From assembly GCA_017654855.1 (NCBI GenBank), contig CM030335.1:310001-374000 (forward strand): DNA of 64,000 bases. Reading direction: 5' to 3'. The DNA is from Podospora anserina. Lineage: Eukaryota. The notes below the pieces were generated by a model that worked only from the letters and a program-made list of their open reading frames with translations, had not been told where the DNA came from and made no database searches. Below, piece by piece: positions 37,662 through 48,731 of this stretch. The position numbers and the translations under genes were made by a program. The stretch's first letter is position 1. Every line of letters starts with the position of its first letter.

Positions 37662-40600
37662 AGTTCAGGCGGGAGGGAGAGCAGACCTGGTGTCTGCTCG
37701 GGTCGGGTAGCGTGTTTTTCGCGTGGCTTGTGGTGACGTGAAGAAAATGAGGGTGCGATATCGCCGGGTGGATACGACTAGGTAGGTGACTGCTGCTGCG
37801 GGTGAAGATGCAAGCGGTTGATCCGAGATGCAAATTGAATGTCTCGGTCGCCACCTGTGGCACGCGGTGCGCTTAGACCCGGCAGGCGGTGGGCGTCTCG
37901 GGGATTGAAGACGTGGGAGCGGAAGCCAGTTCGGAGGTGTTTCGGAAGCGGAGGAAGCAGACGAACTGCAGACGTGACACGGTCGGGGACAAGTGCTGCG
38001 ACCTTAACGCAACGATCGCGATGGAGCAGCAGACCGTGACCGACAACAGACTCAGCCAGAGATCGGGGAGGGGAGGGGGCTGGGCCACAAAGAGGTTCTG
38101 GCAGCTGGTGGGCGCTGGAGGCGGTGGTGGTGGTGGTTGTGGTTGTGGAAGGGGTTGAAGGAGAAGAGGTTGGTTTGAGTTATGGGGTCAGGGTCGTTGG
38201 AGTCGCGCTGGTGGTGGTAGTGGTTCGGCGGCGGCGGTGCTGTTCTGGTGGTCGGCGCAAGGCAATTGTCGTCCTCAGTGGCTCACCCGCGACTGCTGGG
38301 CCAATGCGGCTGGATGGGATATGTCGGCGCGGCGACACGGGGACCATCAAAGTGACATGGCTCGGGGGAAGGTAGATGTTGGAGGAATCGGCGAGCAGGG
38401 ACCAGTGCGGTATGGGGTAGGGCAGCTGGAAAGGAAGAGAGGAGGATGGGGGATGGGGGTTGGGAATTTTGAATTTTCGGCGTCGCTTGAGCGCAATGGG
38501 GGGGGGAGAGCACAAGAGCAAGCAAGGTGATTGGGGATGGTCCTGTCACACTCTCCTGGGACGAAGCCTCTGCACTGCGCAGTTTCTAGCACGCCCTGGC
38601 CTGGCTGCCCGCGTATTTTTGATACCAGACATCACGGCTGCCTTGGCATTCGGGCGAATGAGGCACTCATGCATCATGGTCAGGCAGCTATTGCAGTAAC
38701 GAGGCCTTGGCCCTCGATTAGCCTCTCTCACCTGTCATCAATCGTCAAAGATTCCAATTCTCTTCCAGGTTGTTGGTCATGGTTGGCCCCAGCACCCAGC
38801 AGAGCAGTTGGAAAATGCAGCTTTGGGCAGCCTCATAACGCATCGGCCAACGGCCAGTCTGGACGAGCTTCAATGTAAACTAACTGCCGTTGGCTACCCT
38901 CCTTCGAAAGGGTTGGTGAACAGGAGCGTTGACAATGGCAGCAGCGAGCAGAGACAATGGCATCACACGTGGAAGGGCTGGAAGTTCGTCGGCAGCCAGC
39001 GCCGAAAAAACCTCCTGACATCAGCGGGATCACGGCACGCAATATCGGTGCCACGTTTGGCAGGGATTTGTCAGGCCTTGGTTGGCAGCAATCACTGTTG
39101 GGCATCTTTGGTTGTGCTGCCTCGCTGTCGCTGCCATCACCACAGTCCGTGGACCCCTTGGCCACGGCCCGTTGATTTAAGCTTCAGCGGGCGCCAGATC
39201 CACGCTAAATTAAAATCGATTCTTGAAGGATGCAGTTATGCAGATGAAAATCATCGAGACGGCCCGTTGCAGCTGGCGGGTCGATCCCGATCCCGTGACT
39301 TGTTGTCCTTTTCCTCTTTCCACTTGGCATTGATTTGAACATCTGACAGCGGCCGGCCCAGCACCTTCATCGGCCGTCGGCAGCGTCTCCCTTTCAGTTG
39401 CAGACCTGAAGAATCATCAGGGTCGTCACAAGGGGGCGTCCATGGCAAACTGTACCTTGCATTAGCCCACTGCTGTGGTTGACCGCTCCCCACGGCCTGG
39501 GTCAGCCCAGAGCGTGTGCATTTTCCAGCTTGGTTTACGGAGTACATATATGAACCATCTTTCCACTCCCGGGAATCAGTCCATGACCCATCCGGCACTT
39601 CACTTCTTCGGGGGGGAGAGTAACAAGCAGGCAATGCCCGCCTGGCAAATGGCAAAAATGCGGGGGAATTTCCATCCCTCCCGCTGTGATCGACAACGCC
39701 ATGGACAGAGAAAACCTGGGGAAACCTCCGCCACAGCATCACCCTGTAGTGTGACTATTTGAAACGACATTCTTTGCTAGCGGGAATATTATCGAACTCG
39801 CAAACTTTTACCTCAAAATCACCAAACCGATGGGCGCAGTCAGGTGAAAAAATCACGGGGTCCAAAATTACCTGAGCTTTGCTTATCTCTGGGATTGATA
39901 AGGCAGCTGATGGGTGTCCATGCAATTAACGGGTCTCTCACTCCACCTTGATGCATAATTAAGGTCTCTCTCACAACCTACCTATACCAAGGCAGGCCGC
40001 CTCAGACATCTGGAAAAAGAAGTATTCGTTTCATACTTTAGATATGATGCAGCTATTGAACCGCAGAAAGTGGCAAGAACCGCATGCCAACCTGGCACCC
40101 AAACATTCGGATCACCAGTGTTTCAGCTCCCCCCAGTGGCCTCTGTCGACATACTGCGGCCCCAATGCAATGCGGAATCTCTCAAAATTTATGTTCTGAT
40201 CTTCAGGAACAGCAGAAGTTCCTCCAATCGACCAGTCACAATCCAAGAGACAATTACATCGCAGATTTTGTCTCCGAGGCCAATGACCCCTGACCCCTGG
40301 AGCCCGTCTTCCGTCCGTCTTGCCGGCGAGCCACTCGTATCCTCCGCCACATAGTGACACAGACACCTGCAATATTAGATCATCAACTGAGTCTGGTGGG
40401 TATAGCACCTATCTTTGGCTTTCAGTGCCTCCCACTTCTTAAGCTCGGCACCATTGACTCTTCAGACCGCGGTACTTTGTTCTCTCACAGAGCAGCTAGC
40501 CAGATGTTCAAGATCATCCGAGAGGGCTAAATGCAGGTAGCCGGGCCTGCAAGGTGTAAGGGAGAGTGGCAAGAGAAATACATGGTCTCCAAACATCGCA

Positions 40601-40900
40601 TCATCTCTCGATGAGGTAACTTGCACTTGTTGAGTTCAGCACCTTGAAGCTCTCATGGCCGACTTTGCTTCACCAGTCATCGTATACCCGTTTCTCACAA
40701 CTTTCTCTTACACCTTCAGTATGTCTGATCCATACTGGCAGACAAGAATACTGACATGGAACTTGAAGAAGGAAGAAAAGGTATTTTCTGTAGCACTTGG
40801 CCTTTGCTGTTTGCCACCAACCCCCACCCACCCATACTCGTCCTCATCCAACCTCTCAACTCACGAGGTAGCTGCCAGATGACCCAGCTGCTCTTTGACT

Positions 40901-41259
40901 TCACATTTTCAACGCCTTCCACTTCTCCGCTTCCGCCTCGTGATATACGAAAACGTCGCATACGAACCGCACATAAGCTGAGAACATCGCACTACACAGT
41001 TGCGGTAAGAACTGTTAGTCCACTGATAGCTTCGAGTAACAGGAGTGCATGATATTCTTGGCTCTTGCTATCTCTTGATCGGCTCCCCCGTCTTTTCTTG
41101 AATCCAGCCTTTTTGTGACGCCCAGGCGTCGAGGTCCTCCACCTCGTCAAGCTCTCGTGCCCACTTCAGTATCATGTTTCGATATTTCTCCTTGTGATCG
41201 AGATGATACTCGATCATAGCGTCGCTGAGGCTGTTGAACTGGGTTTTTGTGAGTGTCAT
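40901..41259 (-). CDS. Small orphan family, copy E (93 aa; exons 41259-41069 and 40991-40901; GC-AG intron)
   Basis: MTLTKTQFNSLSDAMIEYHLDHK...EPIKR-Y-AMFSAYVRFVCDVFVYHEAEAEKWKALKM*. Donor TA|GCAAGA, branch ACTAAC, acceptor TAG; same phase as A-C. Confidence 0.65.
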
Positions 41260-41924
41260 GTTTGGTTTGCCTTGAATCTTGCGGAGGAATTGTACTGGGG
41301 GTTTGTTGGTTAATGTGAAGGTTTTGTTTTGGGGTGTTGGATAAAGGAGTGATCGTTTGGATTCAAGTTCAAGGAGGGAATAGATTGAAAGAGCAATAAA
41401 AAATCTTTTCTATTAGGAAAAAGGATGGTGAGTACTGCGAGGAGATAAAGGGTGATAAGTGTTCGACTGATTCATTTAATCTCCATTGTTTCCGGCCGTA
41501 GACTATGAGCTGGAACAGGTATTCTTTTAGCTGAAATTATGCGCCAAAGTTGCTTCTTAATGCGTGCTTCATACTATTGTATAGAAAGCCTTCTTTTGTA
41601 GCCAGCAGTTCATCGGCCACAGGACAAGACTGTGTTCAAAACCTGCAAGCTCCATATATTTTGCAGTTCATTGGCTGCCAGTGAGATAAGGTATTTGACT
41701 AAACACTACATGTGATTTCTGCGTAGGTGGCTACAAAGCCGCCGTTCAAGAATAAGGTTTCAGACAGGCGCCTGACCAACACAACAATTAAGATAAGGTA
41801 CCTACCTACCTTATATAACGTACCTACCTCAGGTAACGTTACCTGACTTTGCACACGTCGAGATCTGATCCCCAAACTTCCGGAAAAATCATCAACTTTG
41901 CTCACAAATTCTTAGTACAGCAAA

Positions 41925-42520
41925 ATGTCGTCGTCAACTTATATTGTGGGCCCTGGAGAATCTGCAAGAACGAAACGGCCTGCAGGTGTCAGGCATACAA
42001 TCGAGTGTTGATCTCATCCTCGAGACTGTCAAGCATGAGGAAAAGCTTCTGCCCAGACACAAAATATTTTTAGGTGGGATAAGCCAGGGGTTTGCTATGT
42101 ATGTTCGTTCCTAGGTGTCCCCTTCTCTGTCTCTCATGCAGTATTGCTGATGGGAGAGGAGGTTTTGCCGGCCTCTATGGGTTTTGCAGCTGGTTCCCGC
42201 TGGTGGATGAAGCCACATCTGCAGCCCACCAACAATCGGATCTCATCGGACGGTTTACCATCCTGCAACACCCCTCTATTCAAGCGAAGGGAAAAGACCT
42301 ACCAGCACCGGTACCACAGCTCGCCTCAACGCCCATTTTGCTTGAACACAGTCAGGACGACGCCGTCATAGCCATAAAGAACGGCACACGAATGTGGGAT
42401 ACTTTGAAGAAATTTGGGTTTCTTGATGTTGAATGGCATGAATATGGTGGTGGGGGACATTGGATAAATGAGCCTCGGGGAGTTGACGATTTTGTTGCTT
42501 TTTTTTACGCAGAGCTATAG
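41925..42520 (+). pseudogene. Phospholipase/carboxylesterase (acyl-protein thioesterase-like), internally truncated
   Basis: WALENLQER..DLILETVKHEEKLLPRHKIFLGGISQGFA (GxSQG), intron, then PILLEHSQDDAVI..VEWHEYGGGGHWINEPRGVDD. The N-terminal LHG region is missing, and the upstream MSSSTYIVGP is out of frame. Confidence 0.7.
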
Positions 42521-43168
42521 GCGAGTCAGTTACCTCACCTGCCCGGTAACATGGCTTCTCTCTCCAACATAGTCAACAGGCCTTGAAGGATAATCGGTAT
42601 GCATTTAAAGATAATTCATAGAGTCTTTTGAATACTAGAAAAAGGTCCTGGAGCGTTTATTATAGGTCTCAAAGAATGGTCGAGAGGCGTGTTTGACTAC
42701 CTATCGATCGTTGAGCTCTTGAATTTTTGTCGCAGCCTCTATCTTTCTGTCGAAAGCGTGAGGGGTACGGCTTTAGCAATCCCACATTTAACAGGCTGAC
42801 CAGGGCTTTCTCCGTGCCGGGACTGGCTGTAGGTGCAGAAAAGTTTTGGCACTTTGGTGGCGACAGATCAGGTTGCCTGGGGAAACCAGACCAGCCTCTC
42901 CAGGCGCTGCCACCGAAAAAAATTGTTAGACTTCTGGGACCGGAAAGGATGACGAATGCAAGGACGCCACACGACGAAGGATCTTATCACCATCACAGGC
43001 ATCACCACGAATGTAAAATTAAACCTCATTATCCGAAAACTATATCCCAGCTAGAATCGAAAGCCCCCTTCTCCCCCATCCATCACCCCTTGTATCATCC
43101 ATGGCAAGCCATCACTGCCCACTGGAACCCATCATGATGTCATCCCATCATATCTCCTCTCTGACCCT

Positions 43169-44436
43169 CTAAGGCCCGGTAGGAAACTCACAGCTTCCCC
43201 CAATATTCTGCAAATAAGCGATGTTGTTAAACTCGACATCGAGCCCCCCAATCTTCCAGATGTAGTCATTCTGCCCCTTGACATGCTCCGACTCGGTATC
43301 CTCCAACTCGCCCACGGTCTTGAGAATAGCAATACCCCTGACAGGCTTGGCTTGAACATGGGGCACGACAAAAGTAGCAGTCCAGATTAGGGTGATCTCA
43401 GCGCTATCCCACAGTCAGTAACAGTATCTTGATCACATAACAAAGGGTACATACCAGTCAACAATCTTGTGGGTGATGATCAAGGGGAGGTTATCAGGCA
43501 TGACATGCTGGTGCTCAATGAACGCCTCCTTGCTAGGGAAGGTGACGGTTCCCAAGGGGATGCCAGCGAGGGAGTTGATCGAGTCGGAGGTGTCGTAGAA
43601 GTTGTCGGAGAGGTAGTAGGCGTCCTCGTCGTTCCACTTGGAGATCATGCGGACATAGGCGTCGATGATGACCTCGGCGGCTTGGTCGGAGAGGCAGCTC
43701 TCGGCTTGGCCGGCGGCGGGGAAGCGGATGGGGACGCTGCCGTTGATGGGGCGGGTGATGACGGGGATGGGGGTTTCGGGGGTGAGGGGGTGGCGGGGAG
43801 GATGGTGACCGAGCCGTCAGCGGTGCCGTCAGTGTCATCGTTCAGGTCGGTGCCGTCAGTGAGATCAGTGCCATCGGTGAGGCCAGTACCGTCGGTGCCA
43901 TCAGTGCTGTCGCCGCCAGTAAGATCAGGAACGGTGATGGTTGAATCATCGTCATCGTCACCGTCAGGGTTGCCGCCGGTGAAGTCGGGAAGGGTTATGG
44001 GACCACCGTTGTCGCCGCCAGGGATGTTAGGCAGAGCAACTGGGGTGTTGGGTCCATTGCCGGTGCCGTCGTCCGTGCCGTCGTCCGTCCCGTTGTCACC
44101 GCCATCACCACCATCATTGCCGCCATCACCACCGTCGTTACCAGCGTCACCACCGTCGTCACCGCCATCATCGCCATCGCTGTCGCCACCGTCTGTGACA
44201 TCTGGAACCGTGGCTGGGACATCGACAGTAGGGACGTCGGTGAGAGTGGCCGCACCGTTCGTGGTGGAGGAAACCCGGTCGTTCCAAGGATCGGGGATCC
44301 ATCCCTGAGAGTCGGAGTTTGGACCCCTCAAAGTATCTACCAGGTCGTCAAAGACTGGTTGGCGTTGTCTGATAGGTCTCAGGGTAGCCGCCGCTGACAA
44401 CCCTGTGAGGGTGAGGAGAGGGATGAAGGAGCGCAT
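43169..44436 (-). CDS. Secreted protein with a Gly/Asp/Thr-rich linker and a C-terminal NTF2-like domain; apparent 1-nt frameshift near 43788; intron 43454-43404
   Basis: Signal peptide MRSFIPLLTLTGLSAA and GGD repeats. A second frame gives CLSDQAAEVIIDAY..DTSDSINSLAGIPLGTVTFPSKEAF..DC..W..PVRGI..VEFNNIAYLQNIGGSC. The NTF2-like call is from recall only. Confidence 0.7.
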
Positions 44437-45719
44437 GTTGACCGACTCTGAGCTGTTGTTATTGTAAGAGAGTGTGGGTAGAAAAAGCGTGAGTGTGATG
44501 ATGAAATAAGGAATGAGAAGGAAAACGGCCCGAGAGAAGTGACCCTTTTATTCTTATTGTCCCTTCACTCAAACTTGAAATTTCCTAGCCGATTCCCCCC
44601 CTGATCGACATCAGGACTTCCCCACAGGAGCCCTACTGCGGGTTGAGACTGTCGGATATGGGCATGTCTCTCGCGTGAGGACCTCATCTGTGAATGCATG
44701 CGACCTCTCAATCGCCTGGAAGCCATACAGCCGCACTGGTGATCATCATTCATCATCTCAACGGCGTCAGTGAGGGTTTGCTTGTGGTGATGATAGTCTG
44801 GCTGATGGCGGGAGCTCGCTGAAAGCAATGTTATGAATGGTTGAAAGGGAGACGGCGTGTATACGAGCATGGAGCTGCCCTTGAATACCATTGAACGCAA
44901 CGAATTCCTGGCACTCTCCTCTTGGGATGTGTGGAATGCTTGATACAAGGCGTGACGCGGCACATTGCCGTACAGGACCAGCTTTCTCCCGGCAGTTCTA
45001 GGTAGGCTTGCCGGATGGGCATCATCCACTTGCCGTGTCACGGACACTGGGGGTCGCCAGGTAATTGTGAGCATCGGTCTCTGCATGTGCCTGCATTGCG
45101 CTGTGGGCCGCCCGACGGGACAACGGTGATGTCTCAGCGCACAGGCTCGAGGAGAGAATCCCATTGGGCCGAAAAAGACTGTCGTACATGTGTGTGTGGG
45201 AGCTTTGACAGCCAGCGGAGAGTTTCGTCCTCGGAATTGTGGTCGACAAAGGTGAGGTCGTGTTTCTCATGGGAAATGTATCCCGTCGTGCGTTGCCATT
45301 CCGGGTTTCGTAACAGTAATTGACTTGGCGAACCCGATGTATCGGTTCAGTGTGGTTCCTGGCATGAACTAGAGTCGCAGTCAGATAGCAAGTCGTTCGA
45401 TGATTGAATCAAGCATTGGGCCAAGGCGGCAATCGCAACATCGGACCGTCCCGGCAGCGTCGTTTGTCGATCTGATGCGCGTGTGTGCTGGATGGGTCAG
45501 GGGTAAAGATTTGAAGACTCAAGCCAGCCCGCCTCTGTCATCGCTTTGACGTCCGAAAGGCTGCTGGTTTCATTGTTCGTGGGACGGAACTGCCATGTGA
45601 AAGTTCTCTCAATTATTTTGATCTGGGCCCTTTCTATCCCGTCAACTCCACTCATGATCGCCCAAGCTCCGACCCAATCCTTTTCTGAATCAAGCCACTG
45701 TCAGTGTGTCCCCGTGCAG

Positions 45720-46913
45720 TCACCCCTCTGGTGGATCGATCAAATAGCCACAAACACGTTGACGTCTCTCATGAAAATCCCGATAGATCCCGTTCCAAAT
45801 GTCCCTCTCGACGCACGACTCCACGCCGTCCTTGTCGCGACATTTCGGCTCGAGCCTCTGCCGCAAGTCCTCGGCCGCCCCCAGCCATGGCTTTGGTAGC
45901 GGCCAATCCGAAAAGTGCAAGTATTTCGCCTCGTTAAACACCTCGATCGGGTCCCACTCCTCGCGATCACTCCCCAAGTACTTGGCATGCTCGCCATCCT
46001 CCCAACGAAACACCTGCGTCAGCAGAGCATACCGTCTGTGTGGGATCACCATGGCACTATCCTGGTACAACGTGTTGAGGATCTCCATGTCATACTCGTC
46101 CTCACCGCCCTTGTTTGTGGCGTCCAACACTCTCTCAAACTCTTCCGCACTTGGCTCGACAAGCAGGATATGGGACGCTAGCTTCTTTTCCTCGGGATAC
46201 AGCCAATATGCCCGTGGCATCGCGACTGGAGACGGCGGAAGGGTGAACAGCTCGTCTACAGACCCCAACAACACAGCATCCGAGTCCAGCGATAGAACCC
46301 TAGAATACTGTGTTTGGTTGAAGGCCAGAAGTTTGGTGAAGGACTCGGCCCATGTGGCTGGAAATGCAGTCAGTTAACGTATGAACAAGGGGTCTCTTGT
46401 CGAGCGCGACAACATACAGTCCGCCGTGGCTCTATGCTGCACCGATACCGGTACCAACTTGACGTTGAAGTCATCCCTCGCCTTGTTCAGCAGCTCGATA
46501 TCATGACGCTTCCCGCCTTTGCCCCTCCCTGCAGCTTCAGAAACCTCAAGGTTGAACATCCCCTCCGGGTACATCATCACACGATCCGCCTTGCTGCCAT
46601 GCTGATGCAGCTGCCCGAAGAGCATGACCGAGTTGCAGAGGTAGTGACTGTTGGTTACGTATTGAAGATAGGCGAACTTGGACCAGTCGACCTCATCTTC
46701 ATGAACCTCCTTCGGCCCCTGTTCGTCTGGAGCTGCGACCGAGTTTGGCGGTGGCTGTTGCCCGGCGTTCCATTCCGCTGCCGCCCCCCTCTGGCGCGCA
46801 AGAAACAACAGCAGGGCGCAAGTCAGCGTGAAGGCGACCCAAACCCGCGCCCGCCGAGGAGAAAACAGGTCGCTGATGCTGGGGCCCATGGTTGGGGATT
46901 TGGTTACAATCAT
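45720..46913 (-). CDS. GT8 glycosyltransferase, GNT1-like alpha-N-acetylglucosaminyltransferase; 1 intron
   Basis: Type II TM anchor, VDWSKFAYLQYVTNSHYLCNSVM, TWAESFTKLLAFNQTQYSRVLSLDSD, VAMPRAYW, YDMEILN and HFSDWPLPKPW. Confidence 0.9.
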
Positions 46914-47699
46914 GGTGAACGAGTGACGACCGAACGACAGCCAGTTTTTCACCCCAAGCTCCCACTGTCAATACCCTCCTTGTTGTCGCGCAAAATAGTG
47001 GATCTTATCCTTCTCCCAACTTCATGATCCTTGGCGAGGAATGGGAACGGAAGGGCGGCGCCTAGGTTTTGTGTGCTGTCACGGAGGTAAATCCAAAATC
47101 TCGAGCGAAGCGGCCATTCCTCACATTTTTGAACATTAACCCCTGACAGGGGATGCCATGGCTCTCCAGCCCAATGGTTGAGTGGGACATTGATATTCAT
47201 GTACTATCCTGCATTGAGAGACTCAGCTGGTGAGCTGCCGTTGGAGGCGTGGCTGGCAGATCTTTGCCAATACTTGAGCCGCTTCGGGTATAATGACCTG
47301 GGGGAAATATCCGAATTGTGAGACAAAGTTGAACTTTTTTGGTGTAATTATGAATGAAGATTTTTTTGCGTGGGGGTCAGCTGGGGTCTGGACCGTTTGG
47401 TTTGTTGCCGGGTCTCGTATCCGGGTTGTGTCTACCGCACACTGTGGACAAACACTGTTGATGCTGCGAGACGCTGAATGAAGGGAGGGCTTGTCATCAA
47501 TATGGAAATAGCGTCCAAACAAGGAATTGCGAGATTCTGGACATCTAAACTTGAGAGTGCTCAACAATGTTCACTGTTGGGTATCTTCCAACTTGCTCGT
47601 ATCAAGGGATTATTGATCTCTCATGTTCTGGCCGCAAGGTTTCTATTCCATCCAAACCGATGTTGATGGGCACCGAATTCCTCCCTGGCGTCTTGAACT

Positions 47700-47990
47700 A
47701 AAAATCCAAGGTCATAATCAAAGTCAAAAGTCCAGTGATACCTAAGGTGGTCTTGATCTTGGTCAAAATCTAGGTTGTTACCTAGTAGTCCAGATCTGCT
47801 CAAGGTCATACATACATACCTTGGGTCTTGGCTAAAGTCAAAATCATGGTCTAATTTTTAGTCAAAGTTGTGGTCTACAGTCCATGGTGTCTTAGTCCCG
47901 GTCTTAGTCCCGGTCGTAGTCTCGGTCTTAGCCTTAGTCAAAAGTGGTAGTCAAAAGTCAAAAATCAAGCTCTTAGTCCGAGACAAAGTC
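47700..47990 (-). repeat. Degenerate hexamer (GACNNN) array, probable decayed Asp-X coding repeat
   Basis: Minus strand reads GACTAC GACCGG GACTAA GACCGG GACTAA GAC..., GACTTT, GACCAA GATCAA GACCAC, with in-register TAA stops. Confidence 0.55.
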
Positions 47991-48731
47991 AGGTTTCCCA
48001 AACTCAAACCCAAAGGAACACCCGACATCAAAAAACACACGTAGCACATCTCCAACCTCCCAACATACCATCAACATCCTCCCTCTTCCCCAATTGATCG
48101 ATAGTTCTCACACTCCATCTCACACAATCACAGCACGACAACTCTCTTAATTAAACTCGATATGATCCCTCTTCAATTCCCCCTTAACTATGCTGCTTTC
48201 TCTGCCTCTGAACATCTCCAGATAATGATTACAACAGGTGTAGGGGTAAAGAATACTCCTCCTCCCATCTCCCAAGCAAAAACAAAAAAGTAATGAATGT
48301 CAGTCCGACCAGCCCGAATATATATACACATTTCTTTCTTCTTCTTCCTTCCTCCCCAGTATAAATCAAACTTCTTCCATCAAAGGGGGTATAGTGTACA
48401 CCATGCAAACCAACTATCCTATCCACTCCATCATCACTCAAATCACCCAACTCAATCCTCCAATCCAATGGCTATGCAACTTTGTTGAAAAACTCAGAAA
48501 CAAAAAAAAAGAAGAAAAAAAGAAAAGGCCACCCCAATCATCCCCTCTTAGCAACATATCTGTTGAAACAGGCCCTCCAAAAGCACGCCTCGGATATCAG
48601 GCTCTTATATACACTCCCTTCCCCCTTCCCGCCCCCAATCACCTGCCCCGTCCAAAAAATCATACCCCCCTTTCCAAATATAACCCCCCATAAACTCCTT
48701 TATGCAATGCAAAAAAAATAAATTAATAATA

